Positions 8,085 through 16,710 of a DNA stretch of 32,000 bases are shown piece by piece (positions within the stretch are counted from its first letter, which is position 1; each line of letters begins with the position of its first letter). The position numbers and the translations under genes were made by a program. The notes below the pieces were generated by a model, which saw nothing but the letters and a program-made list of their open reading frames with translations, had not been told where the DNA came from and did not search any database. Location of the stretch: positions 240,001-272,000 of the forward strand of contig NC_006576.1 in assembly GCF_000010065.1 (NCBI RefSeq), read 5' to 3'. The DNA is from Synechococcus elongatus PCC 6301. GTDB lineage: Bacteria; Cyanobacteriota; Cyanobacteriia; Synechococcales; Synechococcaceae.

Positions 8085-11000
8085 CTAAATGATGATGTTT
8101 TCACCAATGACGAGGGCAGAAGAAGAGACACCAAGCAGGGTCACTAGGGAGACAAAGTCGGGCACTCCACCGAGTCCCGCTACATTGACAGAGACCGTCG
8201 TGCCCAAGAAAGACTGACTGTTCAAGCGCAGGACCTGATCCGCAACAGGATTAGAGCCTTGATAGCCCAGACTATCCAACAACCCGCTTAGATCCAGAAC
8301 ATCCTGCTTGGCATTAAAGTCGATGATTAAGTCGCGAGCCTCAGTAACAGCGGTGTAGACAAAGCGGTCCTTGCCGGCTCCACCAGAAAGGACGTCAGAG
8401 CCGAGTCCGCCAATCAAGGTGTCATTACCAGCCCTGCCAAACAGGAAGTCATTCCCCCCGAGCCCCGTAATCAAGTCATCTCCCTTGCTGCCTCGGAGGA
8501 AGTCGAGTCTGGGGGTTCCAGTGATTGTATTGACTTCATTCTTGAAGCTCAGCGTGGTAGTGACTACCGCACTGGTGTTGGCAAAATCTGCTCCATCGTC
8601 GAGGACAAACTCAATCGTGCGACGGCTTACATCCAGATCGGCTGCATTAGAGGTGTTGGTATAGGTGACGGTGCGCAGGACTTTCTCATAATCCGCCACA
8701 GTAGCCAGACCCACGAGCAGCAGCACCCCGGTATTGCTGTCATAGCTGGCCTTAATTGCAGTGCCATCCGTGATTGCACTCAAACTTTCAGCAATGCCAT
8801 CGGGCCGGTTGACCAAGGTCACGGTCGCTGCGGCGAGGGTTGGAGAGTTGAGATCGGTAATGGTGAGTCCTGAACCCACAACTGAGACTGGCGTACCAGT
8901 AAAGACAGCGCCAAAGTTCAGCTCTGGTGATGTGGTGCCATCCAAATCAAGCACCGGTGCTGCGTTGCCAAACACCACATAGCTCTGACCAGATTGACTA
9001 CCATTGGGGTCGGCAGTTGGAGCACCAATGAGCAGATCATCGATACCATCGCCATTCACATCCCCCGCACCACTCACCGAAGAGCCGAAACCGTCGCCTG
9101 CAGTAATGCCATTGATGGCAAAACCATTGACGCCATTCAAGTCAGAGAGATTCAGCTCAGCTGCAAAGCCCCCCTTCTTGCCAAAGACTACATAGCTCTG
9201 ACCAGAAAAGTTGCCATTTGGGTCTGCATTAGATGCCCCAATGATCAGGTCATCAATCCCATCACCGTTCACATCCCCTGCACCACTCACTGAACGGCCA
9301 GATTCGTCGCCTGCAGTAATGCCATTGATGGCAAAACCATTGCGACCATTGAGCGCGGAAAGATTCAGGTCAGCACTGAAGCCCTGATCTGAGCCAAAGA
9401 CCACATAAGTCTGGCCAGCGTTAGTAGCGTTAGTATTGCTATGGGGAGAGGCACCAAGAGCCCCAATAATTAGGTCATTAATTCCATCACCGTTCACATC
9501 CCCAGCACCACTCACCGAAAAGCCGGATTGATCATTTACAGCAATGCCATTAATGCGGAAGCCATTGCTGCCATCTAAATCAGCGAGATTGAGCTCAGTA
9601 TCAAAGTCATCTGTCTTGCCGAAGACTACATAGCTCTGACCAGAATAATTGCCATTGGGGTCGGCAAGAAACGCTCCAATGATCAGGTCATCAATCCCAT
9701 CACCATTCACATCCCCAGCACCACTCACCGAAAAGCCGGATTGATCATTTACAGCAATGCCATTAATGCGGAAGCCATTTGTGCCATTCAAATCCGCAAG
9801 ATTTAGGTCAGCACTAAAGCCCTGATCTGAACCAAAGACAACATAGCTCTGGCCAGAACGAGCTCCATTTGGGTCGGCAAGAGACGCTCCAATGATCAGG
9901 TCATCAATCCCATCCCCGTTCACATCTCCAGCACTACTCACCGAAAAGCCGGAGAAGTCATCCGCAGCAATGCCATTGATGGCAAAGCCATTACTCCCAT
10001 CCAGACTCGAGAGATTTAGGTCAGCACTAAAGCCCTGATCTGAACCAAAGACGACATAGCTCTGACCAGAAAGATTCCCATTGGGGTCGGCACCAAAAGC
10101 TCCAATGATCAGGTCATCAACGCCATCACCGTTCACATCCCCGGCACCGCTCACTGAACGCCCAGAGTAGTCATACGCAGCAATACCATTGATGGCAAAG
10201 CCATTACTCCCATCCAGACTCGAGAGATTTAGGTCAGCACTAAAGCCCTGATCTGAGCCAAAGACCACATAGCTCTGACCAGCACTATTAGTGCCATTTG
10301 GGTCGGCATCGCGTGCCCCAATGATCAGGTCATCAATCCCGTCCCCATTCACATCCCCAGCATTACTGACCGAACTGCCGGAGAAGTCATTCGCTGCAAT
10401 GCCAGTGATGCGGAAGCCATTACCGCCATCCAGACTGGAGAGACTGACGCTTGCCTTATCCGCCAAGGGGAGCCTTAGAACCGTCACGCTGGTGGTGACT
10501 ACTGCACTAGTGTTGGCAAAGTCTGCTCCATCGTCGAGGACAAACCCAATCGTGCGATGGCTCACATCCAGATCAGCCGCATTCGAGGTGTTGGTATAGG
10601 TGACGCTACGCAGGACTTGCTGATAGTCCTCTACTGAGGCTAGACCTGAGAGCAACAGCACCCCGGTATTGCTGTCATAAGTCGCTGTAATTGAAGTACC
10701 TGTGGTTGTGGCACTCAAGCTTTCAGCAATGCCATCCGGTCGGTTGACCAAGGTTACGGTCGCTGCGGAGAGTGTCGGGGAGTTTAGATCAGTGATGGTG
10801 AGCCCTGAACCCACGACTGAGACTGATGTACCGGTGAAGACAGCGCCAAAGTTTAGTTCTGCTGATGCAGCGCCATCCAAATCAAGCACCGGAGCAGCGT
10901 TGCCAAAGACCACATAGCTCTGGCCGGCATTGGTATTGCCATTGGGGTCGGCATAGTTAGCTCCAATGAGGAGGTCATCAACCCCATCCCCATTCACATC

Positions 11001-12395
11001 CCCGGCATTGCTGACGGAGGTACCGGAGTTGTCCCCTGCCGCAATGCCATTAATGCGGAAGCCATTATTGCCATTCAGCGCGGAGAGATTTAGGTCAGCA
11101 CTAAAGCCCCCCTTCTTGCCAAAGACCACATAGCTCTGACCAGAAGCCCCGCCATTGGGGTCGGCATTTCGTGCTCCAATGATCAGGTCATCAATCCCAT
11201 CCCCGTTCACATCCCCAGCACCATTGACAGAAAAGCCGGAGAGGTCAAACGCCGCAATGCCATTGATGGCAAAGCCATTGCTGCCATCCAAATCCGCAAG
11301 ATTCAGATCAGCACTGAAGCCCTGATCTGAGCCAAAGACCACATAGCTCTGACCGGCACTATTAGTGCCATTTGGGTCAGCACCAAAAGCCCCAATGATC
11401 AGGTCATCAATGCCGTCCCCATTCACATCCCCAGCACCACTGACAGAAAAGCCGGAACGGTCATAAGCTGTAATGCCATTGATGGCAAAGCCATTGCTGC
11501 CATTCAAATCTGCAAGATTCAGGGCAGCACTAAAGCCCTGATCTGAGCCAAAGACCACATAGCTCTGGCCAGAAGCACTGCCATTGGGGTCGGCACCACT
11601 TGCCCCAATGATGAAGTCATCAAAGCCATCCCCGTTCACATCCCCAGCACCACTGACAGAACGGCCGGAGTAGTCACTCGCAGTAATGCCATTGCTGGCA
11701 AAGCCATTGCTGCCATTCAAATCTGCAAGATTCAGGGCAGCACTAAAGCCCTGATCTGAGCCAAAGACCACATAGCTCTGACCAGACAGATTTCCATTAG
11801 GGTCAGCAAAATAAGCCCCAATGATCAGGTCATCAATCCCATCCCCATTCACATCCCCGGCACTACTGACTGAAAAGCCAGATTGGTCATACGCCGCAAT
11901 GCCATTGATGCGGAAGCCATTGCTGCCATTGAGAGTGGAGAGATTCAGGGCAGCACTAAAGCCCTGATCTGAACCAAAGACTACATAGCTCTGACCAGAC
12001 AGATTTCCATTAGGGTCGGCATAATTAGCCCCAACAATCAGGTCAGCAATGCCATCCCCATTCACATCCCCCGCATTACTCACAGAAATGCCAGAGCGGT
12101 CATCTGCCGCAATGCCATTGATGCGGAAGCCATTGCTGCCATCCAAATCCGCAAGGTTCAGATCAGCACTGAAGCCCTGATCTGAGCCAAAGACCACATA
12201 GCTCTGACCTGAATAGCCGCCATTGGGGTCGGCATAGTTAGCTCCAATGATGAGGTCATCAATACCATCGCCATTCACATCCCCAGCACCACTGACAGAA
12301 CGGCCAGAGTAGTCATACGCCGCAATGCCATTGATGCGGAAGCCATTGCTGCCATTGAGAGTGGAGAGATTTAGAGAAGCCTTGGCCATGACCAC
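8085..12395 (-). CDS. Giant FG-GAP (integrin-alpha-like) repeat protein with RTX calcium-binding repeats and T1SS-type C-terminus
   Basis: The ORF encodes 1,436 aa, starting at GTG 12395 or ATG 12389. It contains 14 repeats of ~71 aa, each with FG-GAP-like ...NGFxINGI...SGxSVSxAGDVNGDGIDDLIIGA...GQSYVVFG. It also has two ~140-150-aa duplicated modules and six GGxGxD nonapeptides. There is no N-terminal signal peptide. Confidence 0.9.
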   Translation of the reverse strand: MVMAKASLNLSTLNGSNGFRINGIAAYDYSGRSVSGAGDVNGDGIDDLIIGANYADPNGGYSGQSYVVFGSDQGFSADLNLADLDGSNGFRINGIAADDRSGISVSNAGDVNGDGIADLIVGANYADPNGNLSGQSYVVFGSDQGFSAALNLSTLNGSNGFRINGIAAYDQSGFSVSSAGDVNGDGIDDLIIGAYFADPNGNLSGQSYVVFGSDQGFSAALNLADLNGSNGFASNGITASDYSGRSVSGAGDVNGDGFDDFIIGASGADPNGSASGQSYVVFGSDQGFSAALNLADLNGSNGFAINGITAYDRSGFSVSGAGDVNGDGIDDLIIGAFGADPNGTNSAGQSYVVFGSDQGFSADLNLADLDGSNGFAINGIAAFDLSGFSVNGAGDVNGDGIDDLIIGARNADPNGGASGQSYVVFGKKGGFSADLNLSALNGNNGFRINGIAAGDNSGTSVSNAGDVNGDGVDDLLIGANYADPNGNTNAGQSYVVFGNAAPVLDLDGAASAELNFGAVFTGTSVSVVGSGLTITDLNSPTLSAATVTLVNRPDGIAESLSATTTGTSITATYDSNTGVLLLSGLASVEDYQQVLRSVTYTNTSNAADLDVSHRTIGFVLDDGADFANTSAVVTTSVTVLRLPLADKASVSLSSLDGGNGFRITGIAANDFSGSSVSNAGDVNGDGIDDLIIGARDADPNGTNSAGQSYVVFGSDQGFSADLNLSSLDGSNGFAINGIAAYDYSGRSVSGAGDVNGDGVDDLIIGAFGADPNGNLSGQSYVVFGSDQGFSADLNLSSLDGSNGFAINGIAADDFSGFSVSSAGDVNGDGIDDLIIGASLADPNGARSGQSYVVFGSDQGFSADLNLADLNGTNGFRINGIAVNDQSGFSVSGAGDVNGDGIDDLIIGAFLADPNGNYSGQSYVVFGKTDDFDTELNLADLDGSNGFRINGIAVNDQSGFSVSGAGDVNGDGINDLIIGALGASPHSNTNATNAGQTYVVFGSDQGFSADLNLSALNGRNGFAINGITAGDESGRSVSGAGDVNGDGIDDLIIGASNADPNGNFSGQSYVVFGKKGGFAAELNLSDLNGVNGFAINGITAGDGFGSSVSGAGDVNGDGIDDLLIGAPTADPNGSQSGQSYVVFGNAAPVLDLDGTTSPELNFGAVFTGTPVSVVGSGLTITDLNSPTLAAATVTLVNRPDGIAESLSAITDGTAIKASYDSNTGVLLLVGLATVADYEKVLRTVTYTNTSNAADLDVSRRTIEFVLDDGADFANTSAVVTTTLSFKNEVNTITGTPRLDFLRGSKGDDLITGLGGNDFLFGRAGNDTLIGGLGSDVLSGGAGKDRFVYTAVTEARDLIIDFNAKQDVLDLSGLLDSLGYQGSNPVADQVLRLNSQSFLGTTVSVNVAGLGGVPDFVSLVTLLGVSSSALVIGENIII
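8358..8519 (-). repeat. RTX (hemolysin-type) calcium-binding nonapeptide repeats, six copies
   Basis: The six units are GTPRLDFLR GSKGDDLIT GLGGNDFLF GRAGNDTLI GGLGSDVLS GGAGKDRFV (aa 1293-1346). A ~90-aa C-terminal tail follows, ending ...VSSSALVIGENIII. Confidence 0.8.
8547..8966 (-). other. Inter-propeller module 2 (aa 1144-1283), paralogue of module 1
   Basis: It is nearly colinear with module 1 and highly similar to it at protein and DNA level. The plus-strand antisense ORFs 8761..8982 and 10702..10917 have almost identical translations. Confidence 0.6.
8967..10448 (-). repeat. FG-GAP block 2: seven tandem ~71-75-aa repeats (aa 650-1143)
   Basis: There are seven further DVNGDG(I/V)(D/N)D motifs. 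The block ends at the second NAAPVLDLDG, whose N codon was verified at 8966-8964. Confidence 0.85.
10449..10901 (-). other. Inter-propeller module 1 (aa 499-649), cadherin/Ig-like module of the kind seen in RTX adhesins
   Basis: The sequence is NAAPVLDLDG...GSGLTITDLNSPTLSAATVTLVNRPDGIAESL...YDSNTGVLLLSGLASVEDYQQVLRSVTYTNTS...RTIGFVLDDG. The family name is a recollection, not a search result. Confidence 0.6.
10902..12374 (-). repeat. FG-GAP block 1: seven tandem ~71-aa (213-nt) repeats (aa 8-498)
   Basis: I counted seven DVNGDG(I/V/F)(D/A)D calcium-loop motifs before the first NAAPVLDLDG module. The N codon of that module was verified at 10901-10899. Confidence 0.85.
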
Positions 12396-12456
12396 ACCAA
12401 CGGGGAAAAGAACAGAATCGACAACAGGTTTGGTTTATAGAGGGATTCAGACCGGT

Positions 12457-13540
12457 TTAGCCCGATTCTTGGACTCGAATCATCCGCCGAATTTCATCAG
12501 TCTTGAAGCCAATCGCCATGGGTCTGCGTACCTGTGGCAACACCTGCACGTCATAGAGCTCTTTCACCACTCCTTCTATCCGCAGCTGATGCACCACATC
12601 CCCACTGCGTAAATCAATCACCGCTATCCCACAGCGCGGTTGCGCCGTGCTTTTGACTCAGCGTTTCGGTCAGCGGCAAATCACTAAACGTTTTGTTGTG
12701 CCGTGCTTGCGATAAACCAACAATCGCAAAGTCCCCATGAAAGGCTAAGCCCCGTAAATACCCCGCACAAAAAGCCACCGGCTCAAACTTGCCTTGCTCG
12801 AGATCAACAAAGCCAAACTCTCCAGTGCCTGAGTTTAAGAGCCAAAGCTTGTCTTGATACCAGCGCGGTGAATGGGGCATCGTCAGTCCTGTGAGTAGGA
12901 CTTCATTGCTGTCGATATCAATGACACAACCCCCACCCAAGCGATGCTCTCGCCAACCATCGGCCACATCCGATTGACTCACTACCGTCACGTAGCGCGG
13001 TTGTCCATCTCGGAATGCTAGGCCATTCAAATGGCAGCGGTCTTCTGCGGCTAGCTTGCTAATAAACGGTGGCTGCCACAGCGGTTGAAAGCTATGGCTC
13101 TCACTCATCACACTCAGGCAACTAAACGGCGTGTTGACTCCCACGATCTGTTCAGCACTACTGCTAAAGCTTCCTTCTCGTAGACCAATGTCATGGAGGT
13201 CTAGGTCTCCGGTGACATAGCTCAGCTGGGGAATGTAGAGCGCGTCATAGCCGTTATGAGTCTCCCCTGGGCTGAGAACGTTCTCGAAGCGCCAGAGTTG
13301 ATAGAGAGTACTCAGATACAGACTCGACCCTTGAGCGTAAAGCCCCATGCAGCGCTCAAAGGTTCGCTCAAAAACTGACAGCTCTCCGTTCGGCTGCAGG
13401 CCAATGAAAAATAGCTTGCCCGCTTGATAAGTCGAGAAGGTCAGACTCAAATGTTGCTCATACAGCCAAGCCGTAAACTGTCGTGAGGCGTTCAGCTCTA
13501 AGCTCGGTTGCTCAGCGCGATCGCTGCTGGGAATGCTCAT
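12457..13540 (-). pseudogene. TIGR03032 / DUF4915-like protein whose reading frame is broken by one extra nucleotide
   Basis: The track ORF 12614..13540 (308 aa) ends ...KHGATALWDSGD*. The +1 frame continues as ...STAQPRCGIAVIDLRSGDVVHQLRIEGVVKELYDVQVLPQVRRPMAIGFKTDEIRRMIRVQESG* with its stop at 12457-12459. That reads like the conserved C-terminus of the family. The switch point is at or near the A4 run (plus-strand TTTT 12651-12654). Confidence 0.7.
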
Positions 13541-13829
13541 CGCTACTGTTTATTTGGCTCGCTTCAGTCCAAGGGACTCGGGGGAGATCAGAACACCCCT
13601 GCGGATTGCAATCTTGACCAGTGCCACTCAATCTTTACTGACTAGTATTGATTGAACGCTCGAATGATTACATTGGCGACATTAGTCTATACGCCTGATT
13701 ACTGATTGTGAAGACTGTTCTACACATTAAAACAAGTAGCAGCTCAACTTGTCCTAGTTAGCCCTGACCTCAGGATCAACGCCAATCAGTACAGCCAGAA
13801 ACACCTTAATTAATTCGAAAGATTTGATA

Positions 13830-14624
13830 TCAGAGCTGCAATGCCTCAAAGCGCGATCGCCAGTCCTCTAAATCAGTCCAGAGCGCCCGACCATCCCAGT
13901 GACTAACGGGGCGAAAACTGAGGCTATTGCTGAGGGCGATTGCTTCAACCTGATTCCGTTGTGACCAAGCGATTGAGGTTTCCTTTGCCCAGCCGGTTGC
14001 GAGCAAGCGCTGGCGCACAATCCCAGGCAGGGCTCCGTCACTGAGAGGTGGAGTCCACCAATCATCGTTGAGGCGGAAGAAGATATTGGCTGCTGCTGCT
14101 TCGCTGAGGCGATCGCTCGGGGTCAACAACAGCGCTTCATCGGCTTGCCGCTGTTCCGCCTCCTGTCGTGCCAAGACATTTTCTAGGTAGCTCAGCGTTT
14201 TGAAGCGCGACAGAATCGATTCAGGACACCGACGCACAGTTTGAGCCGTAATCAAGCGCAACGGCTGAAATTGAGGCTGACTCAAGCTCGGTACAATCAC
14301 CAGCAGCGGCTGCAGCGGTTCCGGCGATTGTAGGCCGCGCTGCCCACAGCCACGGGTCAGAGTCACTCGAAGCGCTCCCGTTTCGAGCTCGTTGTGATCA
14401 ACCGTTGCTTGCAACAGGTCAATGTTTGCATTCGGCGGCAGCGGAATCCGCAACTGCTGGGCACTACTTGTCAGGCGCTGCCAATGTTGCTCAGCCAGAC
14501 GAACCTTCCCCTGCCAGACCAGCAAGGTTTCAAACAAGCCATCCCCCAAGCTAAATCCGCGATCGGTGACGGCGATCGTCAGATCTTCCGTTGGGATCCA
14601 CTGACCGTTGCAGTAGCCAATCAT
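13830..14624 (-). CDS. pabC: Aminodeoxychorismate lyase (class IV aminotransferase fold)
   Basis: The product is 264 aa and class-IV aminotransferase-like. Its start overlaps the upstream PabB-like gene's stop in an ATGA 4-nt overlap (14621-14624). Confidence 0.7.
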   Translation of the reverse strand: MIGYCNGQWIPTEDLTIAVTDRGFSLGDGLFETLLVWQGKVRLAEQHWQRLTSSAQQLRIPLPPNANIDLLQATVDHNELETGALRVTLTRGCGQRGLQSPEPLQPLLVIVPSLSQPQFQPLRLITAQTVRRCPESILSRFKTLSYLENVLARQEAEQRQADEALLLTPSDRLSEAAAANIFFRLNDDWWTPPLSDGALPGIVRQRLLATGWAKETSIAWSQRNQVEAIALSNSLSFRPVSHWDGRALWTDLEDWRSRFEALQL

Positions 14625-16018
14625 GAGGGCTGGAGCGATCGCAACAGGGGTTGCACCTTGACCTGCATCTCAGCGCATTCGTCTAGCGGATCGGAGTCAG
14701 CGACGATGCCGCAACCGGCTTGAGCAAGGACTTGGCCTTGGCTGATTTGCAGCGTCCGAATCAAAATGCTGGCATCTAAGCTGCCGTCAAAGCCCAGCCA
14801 AAAGAGACTGCCACAGTAGGCTTGGCGGGGAATCGGTTCAAGCTCGTGAATAATTTCCATCGAGCGGATTTTAGGCGCTCCCGTAATCGATCCGCCCGGG
14901 AACGTTGCCCGCAGTAAATCCACCGCCGTCAAGCCCGATCGCAGTTGACCAATCACCTGCGAGGTGAGGTGATGGACGTGCTCGTAGCTTTCCAATTGGC
15001 AGAGTTGGGGCACCTGAATCGAGCGGGGACGACGAACGCGACCCAAGTCGTTGCGCAGGAGGTCGACGATCATTACGTTTTCTGCCCGATCCTTCTCACT
15101 GGCCTGCAACTCCGTCGCTAACTGGCGATCGTGAGCCGGATCGGCACTACGAGGACGAGTTCCCTTAATCGGGCGCGTTTCTACCCAGCCATCGCGGTCG
15201 AGGCGCAGAAAACGCTCCGGCGACACCGAGAGCAACTGAAAATCGCCCCCTGCGAAGTAGGCCGAAAAAGGTTCGGGGCTGAGCTGATAGAGCCGTCGAT
15301 AGAGTTGCCAAGGGCTCAGATCCTTTGGCTGACTGGCGCGAAAAGCCGTGGTTAAGTTGGCCTGAAAAATATCGCCAGCGCGAATGTGGCATTTGACCTG
15401 ATCCACAGCCTGACAAAAGTCAGCTTCAGTTTGCAGGGCTTGCCAATCAGCCTGAGGCTGCCAATCAGGAGACTGTGAAGGTAGAGCTGACTGCAGGCGA
15501 TCGCAGACCCATTGCAGTCGTTGTTCCGCCCGTTGCTGGCGATCGCGCGGATCCTGCAGCGGCAATCCCGAGGAGAAAATCCAGGTGCGCCGTTGCTGGC
15601 GATCGCAGGCAACCACCAAGTCATAGAGGCTCAACGACCAGAGCGGCAGTCGAGGTTCAACCGGTTTCGGTGTCGGGAGCCGCTCCAGCCAAGCCCCACA
15701 TTCATAGGACAGAAATCCGCAGATACCGCTCTGAAATGGAGGCAGGTCAGAGTCAGAATTCGTCTGCCAATCTACTGTGGCCAGTGACGTTGCCAAAGCC
15801 TGGAAAGGATCAGCCTCAGTTACCAAGCGATCGCCTCGCTGGGTGGCATAGGGCGACAGACAGAGGTAGGCGTAACGGCTTTCGGGCGTTGCTGGCTCCC
15901 CCAGATCGAGCAGGACTGCATGGGGATCTTGAGCGAAGGGCGCAAAGGCCTGCTGCGGATCGCACCAAGCAATTTCCCGCACCAAGGGTTGCACGACTCG
16001 ACGGGCGATCGCGGTCAT
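14621..16018 (-). CDS. pabB: Aminodeoxychorismate synthase component I (chorismate-binding enzyme, PabB)
   Basis: The 465-aa product has a C-terminal chorismate-binding domain with ...[22 protein letters not shown]...RQAYCGS.... I call it PabB rather than TrpE because of its coupling to the class-IV lyase gene. Confidence 0.75.
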   Translation of the reverse strand: MTAIARRVVQPLVREIAWCDPQQAFAPFAQDPHAVLLDLGEPATPESRYAYLCLSPYATQRGDRLVTEADPFQALATSLATVDWQTNSDSDLPPFQSGICGFLSYECGAWLERLPTPKPVEPRLPLWSLSLYDLVVACDRQQRRTWIFSSGLPLQDPRDRQQRAEQRLQWVCDRLQSALPSQSPDWQPQADWQALQTEADFCQAVDQVKCHIRAGDIFQANLTTAFRASQPKDLSPWQLYRRLYQLSPEPFSAYFAGGDFQLLSVSPERFLRLDRDGWVETRPIKGTRPRSADPAHDRQLATELQASEKDRAENVMIVDLLRNDLGRVRRPRSIQVPQLCQLESYEHVHHLTSQVIGQLRSGLTAVDLLRATFPGGSITGAPKIRSMEIIHELEPIPRQAYCGSLFWLGFDGSLDASILIRTLQISQGQVLAQAGCGIVADSDPLDECAEMQVKVQPLLRSLQPS

Positions 16019-16710
16019 GGTTGGAGGCTAACGAGCGATCGCCCGATCGCGGTAGCCCATTCGGGATAGCCGGCTTCAATCAAGGCGCGATCGCGAATCC
16101 GGCAGGAATCACAACGGCCACAGGCTTCTGCACCACCGGCGTAGCAAGACCAAGTGGCTGGAATCGGCACGCCCAGCACCACGGCCCGCCGCACGATATC
16201 GACTTTGTGATCGTGAATCAACGGCGCAACCAGTTGCGGGGCTTGACCTTCGACGCCCACTTTGGAGGAGAGACTCGCCAGTTGCTGAAAAGCAGCCAAA
16301 TAGTCGGGACGACAGTCGGGATAGCCACTGTAATCCACCGCATTGATGCCGAGATAGATAGCGCTGGCCTGCTGCGCTTCTGCGAGCGAGAGTGCTAAGG
16401 CAATGAAGACCGTATTGCGCCCCGGCACGTAGGTTGACGGAATCTCACCGGCGACGACCCCGGACCCTGGCAGGGGTTCCGCCGCATCCGTCAGGGAAGA
16501 GCCGCCCCACTGGGCAATGTTGACATCGACAAAAAAGTGCTGATTGATCCCTAGAGCAGCCGCCACCGATCGCGCCGCTTCCAATTCCCGCACATGGCGC
16601 TGACCATAGCGAAACGAGAGGGCGATCGCTTCATAGCCATCAGCGATCGCCTGAGCCGCAGCGGTGGCAGAATCTAGCCCACCGGACAGCAACACTACAG
16701 CCTTGGCCAT
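16015..16710 (-). CDS. queC: 7-cyano-7-deazaguanine (preQ0) synthase
   Basis: The track ORF extends to 16794. The ATG at 16710 ([14 protein letters not shown], a PP-loop) gives 231 aa. The C-terminal zinc cysteines are [15 protein letters not shown]. Its start overlaps the queE stop (TGATG) and its stop overlaps the pabB start (ATGA). Confidence 0.92.
   Translation of the reverse strand: MAKAVVLLSGGLDSATAAAQAIADGYEAIALSFRYGQRHVRELEAARSVAAALGINQHFFVDVNIAQWGGSSLTDAAEPLPGSGVVAGEIPSTYVPGRNTVFIALALSLAEAQQASAIYLGINAVDYSGYPDCRPDYLAAFQQLASLSSKVGVEGQAPQLVAPLIHDHKVDIVRRAVVLGVPIPATWSCYAGGAEACGRCDSCRIRDRALIEAGYPEWATAIGRSLVSLQP

Noticed and set aside
8085-12395. The regular direct repeats could be mistaken for a CRISPR array.
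   Set aside because: The period is 213 nt. The whole region is one uninterrupted ORF encoding FG-GAP repeats. There is no short repeat/spacer alternation and there are no cas genes.
12325-12612. A 95-aa plus-strand ORF in the gap between the giant gene and the TIGR03032-like ORF.
   Set aside because: It lies antisense to the out-of-frame but family-like C-terminal segment of the TIGR03032-like gene, so that segment better explains the open frame.
12600-12660. Programmed ribosomal frameshifting in the TIGR03032-like gene.
   Set aside because: There is no X-XXY-YYZ slippery heptamer, no known +1 shift site and no obvious downstream stimulatory structure. An extra A in an A4 run is more simply a mutation or a sequencing indel.
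7968-13829. Treating the HIP1-free island as a discrete mobile element or genomic island with defined ends.
   Set aside because: No integrase, transposase, tRNA attachment site, inverted terminal repeats or flanking direct repeats could be found by eye. Only the compositional anomaly is reported.
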